Shown piece after piece: positions 34,860-43,873 of a stretch of 64,000 bases of DNA. The notes below the pieces were generated by a model that saw only the letters and a program-made list of their open reading frames with translations, was not told where the DNA came from and did no database searches. Source of the stretch: Planctomycetota bacterium (GTDB lineage Bacteria; Planctomycetota; J058); contig RFHU01000219.1 in NCBI GenBank assembly GCA_003695705.1, positions 15,825 through 79,824 on the forward strand, written 5' to 3'. Position numbers and translations under genes: made by a program. How positions within the stretch are numbered: the stretch's first letter is position 1; every line of letters starts with the position of its first letter.

Positions 34860-36173
34860 ATGACCTTGGCGGCGGGCGGAGAGGCCGAACGGACGCGTCG
34901 CTCTCCTCCCTTGTGGGAGGGCCGCCCCGATGACGTCTCGCCCTGCGTGGAGTTGGCGCGCACCTCGCTCGAGTGCGCGGGCCGCCTCTACCTCCACGGG
35001 GCGGGGCCTCTGAGGCACCTGGCGTCCTATGCCATCGAGCGGCTTCGCCAAGCCGACGGGCAGCCGCCGATCGCCGCCCGGCCACTCCTCCCCTTCGCAT
35101 GGCCCTCGGCGGATGTCTCCGAAGCCGCCGCTGCCTTCGCCCAACCTGGAGACACGATCCTCTTCCTGGCCGCGGAGAACCACGAAGGGCTTGAACAGGC
35201 CATCCGCCTTGCCCGCTCCCGGCGAGCCCGGGCGGTCTCCTTCTTGGGGCCGAGGGCCGCGGAGTTGGCTGGGGGCTGCGACGGCGCACTCGTCCTCGTT
35301 GGCGACGGGCCGGCGGCGGTCGCCGAAGCATGCCTCTCGGCGCTGCACGCCTTCGTTGCGGGCCTGCTGGCTCGCCCTGTCGATGCTCTCCCGGGCTCGG
35401 GCGAGCCAAGAGACGGCGTTCCCGGCCAGGAGTCCGCGGCCCCGGCCGGCGTCGGACCCGCCCTGCTGTCCCTCGCGCCCTCCAGCGATTCGCGCGGCCC
35501 GCAGCCTTTTGGCGACGAAGCCGAAGGGTATTCCCCCGCGCCCCCCACCAACCCCCGCGGGGTCGGCCGTCGCCGCGCTGGCGCGGCCCCTGGTGGGCAG
35601 TTTCGCCTCCGCTGCCCCTCCTGCGGAGAAGTCGTCCTCGTCGAGGAGCGACACGTCGGCCGCAAGGGGCAGTGCCCTGAGTGCGAGTGCAAGTTCCGCA
35701 TCCCCGCGCCGCCGCCCGGCGGCTCGGAACCCCTCGAGGTTGGCTTCGATGCCATCGAATCCGAGGCGCCCGTGCACCTCGCGCCGACCCGTAGGGTTCG
35801 CAACAGGACCCGGCGTGAGCGCCGCCGTTCGAGCCGCTTTCGGGTCAAAGACGCGCTCGTCCGCTTCGGACGGGAGGGATATCCGGACGAGAGCAGCTAC
35901 TTCCCCCCCTACCTGCTGGAGGACCTCTCCCTCACCGGACTCCGTTTCGTGGGAAGGTGCTCCGGCCTGGAGATCGGAGACGTGCGCTACTTCGCGGTGG
36001 ACTTCCCAGCCTTTCCCTCGCCGGTCCGGTTCAAGGGAGAAGTCCGGCGCCTGATTCCCGTCTCCGAAGGACAGGCTGCGGGCGTTCGCTTCCTCGAATA
36101 CGTCGGCGACGCCGAGGCCAAGATCCGGCGCCTCCTCGAGGAGGATCGGTTGCGGAACGTCCGCCGGCGCTGA
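34860..36173 (+). CDS. SIS-like domain + zinc-ribbon + C-terminal PilZ-like domain protein
   Basis: The N-terminus resembles the GmhA/SIS fold (DTILFLAAENHEGLEQAIRLARSRRARAVSF). The zinc ribbon is CPSCGEVVL...CPECEC. The C-terminus carries RRERRRSSRFRV (RxxxR) and DLSLTGLRF (D-x-S-x-G-G-like), consistent with PilZ. Confidence 0.5.
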   Translation: MTLAAGGEAERTRRSPPLWEGRPDDVSPCVELARTSLECAGRLYLHGAGPLRHLASYAIERLRQADGQPPIAARPLLPFAWPSADVSEAAAAFAQPGDTILFLAAENHEGLEQAIRLARSRRARAVSFLGPRAAELAGGCDGALVLVGDGPAAVAEACLSALHAFVAGLLARPVDALPGSGEPRDGVPGQESAAPAGVGPALLSLAPSSDSRGPQPFGDEAEGYSPAPPTNPRGVGRRRAGAAPGGQFRLRCPSCGEVVLVEERHVGRKGQCPECECKFRIPAPPPGGSEPLEVGFDAIESEAPVHLAPTRRVRNRTRRERRRSSRFRVKDALVRFGREGYPDESSYFPPYLLEDLSLTGLRFVGRCSGLEIGDVRYFAVDFPAFPSPVRFKGEVRRLIPVSEGQAAGVRFLEYVGDAEAKIRRLLEEDRLRNVRRR

Positions 36174-36344
36174 ATTCCTTGCGGAGTGGGCTCTGACGCT
36201 GTGGGGTTCTCCCGCTCACCCCGGGCGGTTCCAGGGGTCGGCCTGAAGAAGCGGGCGTTCTGCGCGTCTCCACGCGAAGGGTGCCTCCGACCCCAGGCCG
36301 CCCTGGTCTATACTGCACCCGCGCGCCGTCGCCAAGGAGTTGCG

Positions 36345-37277
36345 ATGACCCCCCTCGTCCGAGTCCTCCCCGCGCTCGCCCTCCTCTTTCTGTCGACCGG
36401 GATCGCTTCCGCAGAGGACGATGGCTCTTCCCTCGACTCCGCGGCGGAGCCGGCCATCGGGTTCTCGGGCTTCCTCGGGCTCGCTGGGTTCCAGAAGATG
36501 GTGGATGCGCGCATTCCGCAGGGCCTGTTCACCGTCCGTGGCGGTGCTCGCTACGACTTCTTCCTCCGCCAATTGGACGTCGACGGGACCAGCAACGCAG
36601 CCGACGTCGATGTCGAACGGCACGAGGTGAGCCTCTACGCCGGTGGCACCGTTCTGGGACTCGTCGAGGCCGCTCTGCGCATGCCCTACGTCGAGGAGAA
36701 GATCGACTACGACTACCTCCTTGGCCCGGACAGCGACACGAACAACAGCGGTTGGGGCGACGCCGACTTCTCGGGAAAGATCACGTTGTCCATCGGCCCC
36801 TTCGACGTCGCAGTCTACGCGACCGGCGCCCTCCCGACCGCCGAACCCGACCTCGAGGACGTCTTGGACTACGAGTGGGGCGCCGCCGCCACCTTCTCCA
36901 CCCTCAACGAGCACCTGAGCGTGCACGGAAACGTCGGCGGCCTCCACGAGGACGGCGGGCTCTCGGCCCTCGTCTATCGCGTGGGCGGCGCCTTCGTCGC
37001 CTGGGCGGACAACACCGCCGTCGTGCGCCTCTACGCATACGCAGACGGCGTGGAGTGGGAGGGGAGCGCGGGGACGGACTTCAAGATCGACTTCGGCGTT
37101 CAGGCCCTGGTGCTCGACATCATCACCCTCGAGGTGGGGTCCTCCGTGCGGCTCATCGACGCGGACAAACTCGACGACGACGTCGCCGACGAACTGGCCC
37201 TTCGCAGCGTCGTGAGCGATCACTTCGACGACGAGGGGAGTTGGTCCATCACCGCGGCCGCTGGATTCCTCTTCTAG
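36345..37277 (+). CDS. Putative outer-membrane beta-barrel protein (acidic, 310 aa)
   Basis: AAGGAG precedes the ATG. The signal peptide is ALALLFLSTGIASAEDD. Alternating beta-strand patterns are present. It ends with the C-terminal Phe (AAGFLF). Confidence 0.5.
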   Translation: MTPLVRVLPALALLFLSTGIASAEDDGSSLDSAAEPAIGFSGFLGLAGFQKMVDARIPQGLFTVRGGARYDFFLRQLDVDGTSNAADVDVERHEVSLYAGGTVLGLVEAALRMPYVEEKIDYDYLLGPDSDTNNSGWGDADFSGKITLSIGPFDVAVYATGALPTAEPDLEDVLDYEWGAAATFSTLNEHLSVHGNVGGLHEDGGLSALVYRVGGAFVAWADNTAVVRLYAYADGVEWEGSAGTDFKIDFGVQALVLDIITLEVGSSVRLIDADKLDDDVADELALRSVVSDHFDDEGSWSITAAAGFLF

Positions 37278-37336
37278 CAATCGGGTCGCACCATCTCGGC
37301 GGGGAGGCGGCTCGGCGGGGAGGCGGCGGCCTTCTT

Positions 37337-38146
37337 TCAGGAGCGGGGCTCTCGCTTCGCTGAGGACGGTCGTGGGGGGAACCCAGGCGGAGGCGTGAGC
37401 CCGGCGGGTCGCTTCAGGCCGTCGACGACCGTTTGCTCGCCGCTGACCTCCAGTCCCCGTCGGAAGGTGCAAGCCAGAGGGCCAATCGCGATGGAGTCGC
37501 CGTCGCGAAGCCATGTCCGGTCGCGCACGGGTTCTCCGCGGACGAGGAGGGGGCGATCCGGATGCAGGTTCACGAGCTGAAAGCCGCCATAGCCCCGGAC
37601 GATGATGGCGATCTTGGGCGGCACCCCTTCGAGTACCCAATCCGCCTCCGGAGCGGAGCCGAACTGGAAGACGTCTCGAGTCAGCGGCACGCTCGTCGAT
37701 TGCTCCTCGCTGAGGAGGTGGGCCTTTTCGGGTGCGCGCGCCTCGCGTTCGTCTGGGCTGAGGAGGCTCTGGGAGCGCACGGAGACCGCCGTGCCCGCGA
37801 CGGCGAACGCGTCCTCGGTCTCGCCCCTGCGGTCGAGGTGCGGGGAGAAGGCACCGCTCCGAGTTGCGGAAGCCTCCGGTGTGAGCCGCACCTGGAATTG
37901 GCCGAGTCCGAGCACGTCCCCGGCGCCCAGCAGGGCCGCGTCGACACGCGCTCCGTTGACGTAGGTCCCGTTCTGGCTTCCTTGATCCTCGACCCGCCAC
38001 AGACCGCTGCGCTCGTCGTGGAGCAAACGGGCGTGGAAGCGCGAGACGCTTCGGTTGTCGATCTGGATCTCGTTGTCGGGGTGTCGCCCGATGCGGACTT
38101 CGTCGCCCTCCACGTCGAAGCGGCTGATCACCCGCCCCTTGAGCAT
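37337..38146 (-). CDS. Tandem FHA-domain protein
   Basis: The N-terminal FHA block is VRIGRHPDNEIQIDNRSVSRFHARL...NGTYVNG. The second block is FQLVNLHPDRPLLVRGEPV...DGDSIAIGP. Confidence 0.7.
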   Translation of the reverse strand: MLKGRVISRFDVEGDEVRIGRHPDNEIQIDNRSVSRFHARLLHDERSGLWRVEDQGSQNGTYVNGARVDAALLGAGDVLGLGQFQVRLTPEASATRSGAFSPHLDRRGETEDAFAVAGTAVSVRSQSLLSPDEREARAPEKAHLLSEEQSTSVPLTRDVFQFGSAPEADWVLEGVPPKIAIIVRGYGGFQLVNLHPDRPLLVRGEPVRDRTWLRDGDSIAIGPLACTFRRGLEVSGEQTVVDGLKRPAGLTPPPGFPPRPSSAKREPRS

Positions 38147-38175
38147 CACCACGAAGTGCGCCACGTCCTTGGAGT

Positions 38176-38595
38176 CTACTCCCGCCCTCCCTCCTCTGCA
38201 TCCGTTCGCTCCGGTCCCCTCGCTGGTGCAGGCTCCGCGGGGCCTGGCGGAACGAACGGCATGCCTGGGGGGACGAAGGGCAAAGCCACCAGCGCGCCGA
38301 CACCTGCGCCGAGGAGGATGGACGGTGCGGTCGCGGCGGAGAGGTAGAACTCCCCCCCGTCCTCCTGTGGATAGAGCAGTGCGCTCAGGGGCCAAGCAAC
38401 CAAGGTGAACGGGAGCGCCGCCGCGTAGCCGAGCGCAAATCCTGCCATGTAGGGGATCTGCGCGATCGGATTGGGCAGGAAGAAGGCGGTCGTGGCGGAA
38501 TAGGCATGGTTGGCCAAGACCCCCACTCCGCGACACCCGGGCGTAAGCCCGGCCAGGAGCACGAGCCCCGCCCAACAGGCCCGGCGCCTCCTCAA
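38176..38595 (-). CDS. Hypothetical small lipoprotein/membrane protein
   Basis: The signal peptide with a Cys at LLAGLTPGC is a lipobox-like motif, but not classical. The protein is hydrophobic and Pro-rich. Confidence 0.3.
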   Translation of the reverse strand: MRRRRACWAGLVLLAGLTPGCRGVGVLANHAYSATTAFFLPNPIAQIPYMAGFALGYAAALPFTLVAWPLSALLYPQEDGGEFYLSAATAPSILLGAGVGALVALPFVPPGMPFVPPGPAEPAPARGPERTDAEEGGRE

Positions 38596-38601
38596 GTCCG
38601 G

Positions 38602-39315
38602 CTACTCCCCGGAGCCCTCGAGTTGGTCCAGCAACTTCTCGACTTCGGCCGCGGGCTCGTAGCCTCGGTCCAGGGCCTCCTCGAGGTCCTCCTGGGCTTC
38701 CTCCTTCTTCCCCAGCAAGACCAGGATTCGCCCCCGAAGGAAGTAGGCCTGGGCGTCGCCTTCGGGTGAGAGGTCGACGGCGACGTCCGCGTATTCAAGG
38801 GCTTCCTCGAGCTCGCCGGAGCGCTGCGCGGCCTGGGCCTTCTGCAGCGCCTGGGGGAAGGTCAGATCCAGCTTGTCCAGGCCCAGCTCCTTTCGGTAGC
38901 GAGCGATCTTCGCCCGCAACTGCGAGTTCGGGGTCTCCTTGTTGGCCTCCTCCGCCACCTCGAGCGCCTTTTCGAAGCTCCCCTCCCCTTCGAGGAAATC
39001 GAGGCGCTCCCAGACGTAGTCGGGCACCTCCTCGTCGGGCGGAGGCTGTCGGACACCGCTCGTCGGGGGCGAGGAATCACCGGCGGAGGACTCTGGACCC
39101 TGGTCCCCGCCGCCGAACTTGTAGGCGGCAAACCCGCCTCCTGCGGCGAGGATCACAAGCAGGATGAGCGGCCCAAGCAGCCCCCCCTCGCTCTGTTGCG
39201 GCGCAGTGCGCACGACCTTGAATCCGTCGAGTTCCTTGCGTTCGGGCAGGCTCCCCGGACCTTCGGACGCTCCTCCCGACTGGGAACCGTGAGCGGGACT
39301 CCTGTCGTCGACCAT
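38602..39315 (-). CDS. Membrane-anchored TPR-repeat protein
   Basis: One TM helix (LLGPLILLVILAAGGGFAA) is followed by TPR-like helices (ALEYADVAVDLSPEGDAQAYFLRGRILVLLGKKEEAQEDLEEAL). Confidence 0.5.
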   Translation of the reverse strand: MVDDRSPAHGSQSGGASEGPGSLPERKELDGFKVVRTAPQQSEGGLLGPLILLVILAAGGGFAAYKFGGGDQGPESSAGDSSPPTSGVRQPPPDEEVPDYVWERLDFLEGEGSFEKALEVAEEANKETPNSQLRAKIARYRKELGLDKLDLTFPQALQKAQAAQRSGELEEALEYADVAVDLSPEGDAQAYFLRGRILVLLGKKEEAQEDLEEALDRGYEPAAEVEKLLDQLEGSGE

Positions 39316-39354
39316 GCACTGAATCCTTCTAGAACTCCGTCCGCGTCTAGGACC

Positions 39355-40329
39355 CTATCCGCGGGCGACCCCGAACCAGCGGGCGAATTCTTCCTTTCCC
39401 CAGGGAAAGGGTCGATCCTCCATCGAAAGCTTATCCGCAGGGACGACTTCGGTCTCGTGGATGCGGACGTGGATCGTCCGATGCATGCGGTTCCCGTAGG
39501 AAAGGAAATAATAGGACAAGGACAAAGGCTGCGGAGACCCCGCCTCCAAGAGGCGGAGGGCGTCGTAGGCGTGCACCAGCGGTCGCCCCTCGGCGTCGAC
39601 GCCGACGAGCTGAACCTCCGTCGGATGGATCACCAAGGGCAAGTCGCTCGGCCGGTGCGCGACCCGAGTTCGCACGGTGTGTTCCACGACGCGGGCCCCG
39701 CCGCCCATGTGGCGGTAGTCGCTCGTGCGGAACTCCGTGAGGACGATGCGTGGTCGCCCTGCGCCGCAGCGACCTGGGAGGTGGATCGCCGCGCCTTCCC
39801 CCGAGCGCCGCCAACCCGCGTCGTCGTCTTCGAGGTCTACCCGCAGCCGGGACGGGTCGGGGAGAGCTGCTCCCGAGGGGGGGAGGTCCAGGTTTCGAAG
39901 TTGCGAGCGGTAGCTCACCGTGAGGAGCGCAGCGGAATCCGCGGCGAGGGCCAGCGCGGGCGCGGGGAGGCGTTCGACCTTCTCTGCGCGCAGCGCGTCG
40001 GCCGCGCCCGGATCTTCGAGGAAGGTCGAGCGGGTGAACGTGGGGTAGTTGACCGTTTCGTCGCCCGAGAAGTAGGCGGCACGGATCGCCTCGTGCAGGA
40101 GTCCTTCTTCGAAGGGCGTCGCGACGACTTCGACCCCAAGCACCTCGCGCAGGAGGCGCAGGGCTTGGCGGTTGACCCGAGGCAGGCAGGCCACGGTGAG
40201 GACATCGCCCAGCCGCCGAAGGGGGAGGATCCCGAAGCCGGCCGCGACCACCGGAGGGACTTGCTCGACGAGTTCGCGGTCTCGAACCGCCGCCTGCAAG
40301 ATCGAGCGGCGTCGCGCCTGCCCGCTCAC
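39355..40329 (-). CDS. T2SSE_N (GspE N-terminal / MshEN-like) domain protein with a possible PilZ-like C-terminal region
   Basis: The GTG overlaps the waaF-like stop (GTGA). The N-terminal block is ILPLRRLGDVLTVACLPRVNRQALRLLREVLGVEVVATPFEEGLLHEAIRAAY. The C-terminus has RxxxR...D-x-x-x-G-G-G-like residues. Confidence 0.45.
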   Translation of the reverse strand: MSGQARRRSILQAAVRDRELVEQVPPVVAAGFGILPLRRLGDVLTVACLPRVNRQALRLLREVLGVEVVATPFEEGLLHEAIRAAYFSGDETVNYPTFTRSTFLEDPGAADALRAEKVERLPAPALALAADSAALLTVSYRSQLRNLDLPPSGAALPDPSRLRVDLEDDDAGWRRSGEGAAIHLPGRCGAGRPRIVLTEFRTSDYRHMGGGARVVEHTVRTRVAHRPSDLPLVIHPTEVQLVGVDAEGRPLVHAYDALRLLEAGSPQPLSLSYYFLSYGNRMHRTIHVRIHETEVVPADKLSMEDRPFPWGKEEFARWFGVARG

Positions 40330-41393
40330 GGAGCAGCGCTCCCCACGGGCCGCGCGGCGGCGCGGCACAGCGAGTTCCCCGCCGCGAGCACGCGCTCGGG
40401 GGTGAGGGCGCGCATGCAGCGGAAGTCGAGCGGGCAGACCTTGAGATGGCAAGGCCAGCAGTCCGTCCGCTCGCAGAGGAGGCGCAGCCAGGGGTGGTCC
40501 ACCGCGGTGTAGCCGGGATGCGTGGGGCCGATCAACACGAGCACGGGGATGCCCGCCGCCACTCCGAAGTGGCGTGGTCCCGAGTCGGTGGTCACCAAGA
40601 GGGCGCACCGTGCGAGGACGGCCACGAGTTCGGTAAGCCCCACCACTTCGTCCGCTCCAGGAACGGGCTCGCCGGCGGCTTCGCAGACCGCCGCCGCCAG
40701 TTCCTGCTCGTCGGGGCCGCGCAGCAAGAGAGGCTGGAGGCCTTCGCGTCGGAGGCGACGGACCAGTTGCCCCGCGTAGCGGGGCAGCCAGCGCTTGGTT
40801 TCCCAGCTCCCGCCGACGTTTAGCGCCCAGACGGGGCGGTTTCCCGCGAGCCCGTGCCGGAGGAAGAAGGCTTCCGCCCAGGCCGCGGCTTCGGCGGAGA
40901 CGCGGAGGCGCGGGAGGCGCGGCACGTTTGCGACCTCGGCGCCCAGGGCCTCGAGCAGGCCCAGGTAGTAGTCGACCATGGGGACAGGCCGCAGGAGCCC
41001 TTCCCGGCGCACCCGCAGGGGTCGGGTGAGCAGGGCGGCTCGCCCGTTGAGGGCGTAGCCCACCCGCTCGGTCGCGCCGCTGGCCCAGGCGCACAGGGCC
41101 GAGGAGAGGCTGTTGGGAAGCAACAAGGCCAGATCGAAGGGCCCGCACGCACGGTGGAGTCGCCGCCCCTCGAGCCAGGGCCAGAAGGGTCCCCCGCGAC
41201 GGCGTACGGGCTCCGCCCGGTCGTAGAGACCTTCGCCGGCGAGGATCCCAAGGGGGGCGCCTTTGCCGTGCGCCAGGATCTCGGCGTTCGCGGCCAGGCG
41301 GCGCAGGGCGCCGAGCATGGGCGTCGCCAGAACGGTGTCGCCCACCCAATTTGGCAGGCGGACGTAGACTCGCTCAAGCCGGCCCCAGTCCAC
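40326..41393 (-). CDS. ADP-heptose:LPS heptosyltransferase (glycosyltransferase family 9)
   Basis: The N-terminal motif is RLPNWVGDTVLATPML. The blocks TTDSGPRHFGVAAGIPVLVLIGPT are typical of WaaF/WaaC/WaaQ. Confidence 0.8.
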   Translation of the reverse strand: MDWGRLERVYVRLPNWVGDTVLATPMLGALRRLAANAEILAHGKGAPLGILAGEGLYDRAEPVRRRGGPFWPWLEGRRLHRACGPFDLALLLPNSLSSALCAWASGATERVGYALNGRAALLTRPLRVRREGLLRPVPMVDYYLGLLEALGAEVANVPRLPRLRVSAEAAAWAEAFFLRHGLAGNRPVWALNVGGSWETKRWLPRYAGQLVRRLRREGLQPLLLRGPDEQELAAAVCEAAGEPVPGADEVVGLTELVAVLARCALLVTTDSGPRHFGVAAGIPVLVLIGPTHPGYTAVDHPWLRLLCERTDCWPCHLKVCPLDFRCMRALTPERVLAAGNSLCRAAARPVGSAAP

Positions 41394-41516
41394 CCAGCCG
41401 TTGTAAGCTCTTCGTGTCTCGGTGTCTAGGACGCTAGCGACACAGGGGGCACGGAGCTTGCGAGGGGGCGAGCCCCCGCGGGCCCGGCCCGCCCAACTGG
41501 CAGGAGGAAGCGGTAC

Positions 41517-43139
41517 ATGGTCGCCAAGCGCATCGCCTTCGATCAGGAAGCCCGCGACGCCATTCGGCGCGGGGTCTCCCAACTCGCCCGCGTCGTGAAG
41601 GTCACCCTGGGCCCGCGTGGACGTAACGTCATGCTGGAGCGAGGCTTTGGAGGACCTGTCGTCACCAAGGACGGCGTGACCGTGGCCAAGGAGATCGAGT
41701 TCGCCGACTCCTGGGAGAACATGGGAGCGCAAATGGTCAAGGAAGTCGCTTCCCGCACCGCCGACGGAGCAGGCGACGGAACCACGACCGCCACGGTCCT
41801 GGCCGAGGCGATCTTCGAGCAAGGCCTCAAGGTCCTGCAGGCCGGGGTCCAGCCCGTCCCCATGCGCCGCGGCATGGAGAAGGCGGCCCAGGCGGTCGTC
41901 TCGCGCCTCAAGGAAATGAGCCGTGAGGTCAAGGGCAGCGATGAGATCGCCCAAGTCGGGGCCATCGCCGCCAACAACGACGCCGCCGTCGGCCGGGTCC
42001 TCGCCGAGGCGATGGACAAGGTCGGGAAGGACGGGGTGATCACCGTCGACGAAGGGCAGAGCCTCGAGACCGAGGTGGAGTTCCTCGAGGGCATGGCCTT
42101 CGAGCGCGGCTACCTCTCGCCCTACTTCGTTACCGACCCCGAGTCCATGGTCTGCGAGCTCGAGCGGCCCTTGCTGCTCCTCTACGACGGGAAGGTTTCC
42201 GCTGCCAAGGACCTGATTCCCTCCCTCGAGCTGGCGGCCAACCAGCAGCGGCCGCTGCTCGTGCTCTGCGAAGACGTGGAGGGGGAGGCCCTCGCCCTGC
42301 TGGTGGTGAACAAGCTGCGCGGCTCCCTCAAGGTGTGCGCGGTCAAGTCCCCCGGCTTCGGCGACAACCGCAAGCGCATGCTCGAGGACATCGCCATCCT
42401 CACCGGCGGGCAGGTGGTCTCCAAAGACACCGGGCTTACGCTGGAAGGCATGACCCTCGACGTCCTCGGCTCGGCCGACAAGGCGATCGTCGACAAGAAC
42501 GACACCAAGCTCATCGGCGGAGACGGGGACAAGGCGCTCGTGCAGGCACGCCTCGAGCAGCTCCGCAAGCAACACGAGGCCGAGACCAGCTCCTACGACA
42601 AGGAGAAGCTGCAAGAGCGCATCGCCAAGCTCGCCGGCGGCGTGGCGCGGGTCCTCGTGGGCGCAGCGACGGAGAAGGAGCTCAAGGAGAAGAAGGACCG
42701 CATCGAAGACGCCATCGGAGCGACGCGCGCCGCCGCCGAGGAGGGCGTGGTCCCCGGAGGTGGCGTCGCGTTGCTCCGCGCGTCCCTCGCCATCGACGAA
42801 CTCGACCTCGAGGACGACGAAGCCGTGGGAGCGCAGATCATCCGGCGCGCCCTGCAGGCGCCCCTGGCACAGATCGCAGCGAACGCCGGGGAGAGCCCTG
42901 CGGTGGTCCTCCAGCGCGTTCTCGGCGACTCCTCGCCCAGCTACGGCTTCAACGCCCAGACCCTCGAGTTCGGCGACCTCTACGCGGCGGGAGTACTCGA
43001 CCCAACCAAGGTGTCGCGCACCGCGTTCGAGAACGCCCTCAGCGTGGCCTCGCTGCTCCTCACCACGGATTGCCTGGTGGGCGAGGAGGAGCAGAAGAAG
43101 AGCAAGGACCACGACGAGGACTACGACGAATTCGACTGA
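41517..43139 (+). CDS. groEL: Chaperonin GroEL (Cpn60) with an atypical acidic C-terminus
   Basis: Canonical GroEL blocks are present throughout ([38 protein letters not shown]). It ends ...[14 protein letters not shown] instead of the GGM repeats. No groES lies upstream. Confidence 0.95.
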   Translation: MVAKRIAFDQEARDAIRRGVSQLARVVKVTLGPRGRNVMLERGFGGPVVTKDGVTVAKEIEFADSWENMGAQMVKEVASRTADGAGDGTTTATVLAEAIFEQGLKVLQAGVQPVPMRRGMEKAAQAVVSRLKEMSREVKGSDEIAQVGAIAANNDAAVGRVLAEAMDKVGKDGVITVDEGQSLETEVEFLEGMAFERGYLSPYFVTDPESMVCELERPLLLLYDGKVSAAKDLIPSLELAANQQRPLLVLCEDVEGEALALLVVNKLRGSLKVCAVKSPGFGDNRKRMLEDIAILTGGQVVSKDTGLTLEGMTLDVLGSADKAIVDKNDTKLIGGDGDKALVQARLEQLRKQHEAETSSYDKEKLQERIAKLAGGVARVLVGAATEKELKEKKDRIEDAIGATRAAAEEGVVPGGGVALLRASLAIDELDLEDDEAVGAQIIRRALQAPLAQIAANAGESPAVVLQRVLGDSSPSYGFNAQTLEFGDLYAAGVLDPTKVSRTAFENALSVASLLLTTDCLVGEEEQKKSKDHDEDYDEFD

Positions 43140-43261
43140 GACGACGTCGGCGGATCGCGGTCGCCGCCCGCCGCGCTGAGTTTGCGGTCGAGACGCGCAA
43201 CGCGAGCGAACGCGCCCGCAGGGCGCGACGCTCGCATTCCGTGCCGGAGTCGGAGGCCGAC

Positions 43262-43286
43262 GGGGCCGCTGCTTCGCAGCGGCCCC
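43262..43286 (+). terminator. Hairpin GGGGCCGCTG-cttcg-CAGCGGCCCC downstream of groEL
   Basis: This is a perfect 10-bp stem with a 5-nt loop, 123 nt after the groEL stop. No U-tract is present. Confidence 0.4.
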
Positions 43287-43536
43287 GGACCGTGAGTGCG
43301 TTCAGGAGCGGGTCCGGGTCCCTGCCCCGGGAAAGTCGAACCCCCCGCCCAGCGCGGCGCTTCGGACTCCGAGAGGGACGGCCCGGCGAGGCAGGGCGAC
43401 GCGTACGCCGGTCCGACGAGTTCCTCTCGCGACACAGGGACCGCGCCGCGGTGGGGGCAAGCGGCTGCCGTCCGACGCCCGGACCGCCACGGCCCCGCCA
43501 GGAGCCGCTCCGCGGGCCTCCGACCGGAGGCCGGCC

Positions 43537-43815
43537 TCAGGGCAGGATCAGCTTCGGCTCCGCGGCGGGTCGGAAGAAGACCGCGTTGCGTCCCACCTGC
43601 CCGACCAGGACCGCTCCCAGCGTCTCGGCCAGTTCGTCGAGGTCGACGGACACGTAGCGACCGAGGCGGACCTTCACCAACTCCTCGCGCGAGAGGGCCT
43701 CTTCGAGTTCCTTGCGAAAGCCATCCCCTGCGCCGGCCTTCCCTAGCTTCAGGCGCGGCTCCAGCGAATGGGCGCGGGAGCGCAGGAAGGCCCGCTGCTT
43801 GTTCGTCAGCACCAT
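43537..43815 (-). CDS. yhbY: YhbY/CRS1 (CRM-domain) RNA-binding protein
   Basis: The product MVLTNKQRAFLRSRAHSLEPRLKLGKAG...GRNAVFFRP matches the YhbY family (92 aa). The start was trimmed from the 177-aa track ORF. Confidence 0.65.
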   Translation of the reverse strand: MVLTNKQRAFLRSRAHSLEPRLKLGKAGAGDGFRKELEEALSREELVKVRLGRYVSVDLDELAETLGAVLVGQVGRNAVFFRPAAEPKLILP

Positions 43816-43873
43816 GCTCCACGGATACCACACGCGGGCGCCGGGGCGGGCCGTGAGGGGTAGATTGAGGCTG

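Noticed and set aside
41394-41516. Searched for a CIRCE (HrcA) operator upstream of groEL
   Set aside because: No TTAGCACTC-N9-GAGTGCTAA-like inverted repeat was found. Only a short GGGGGCgaGCCCCC hairpin is present.
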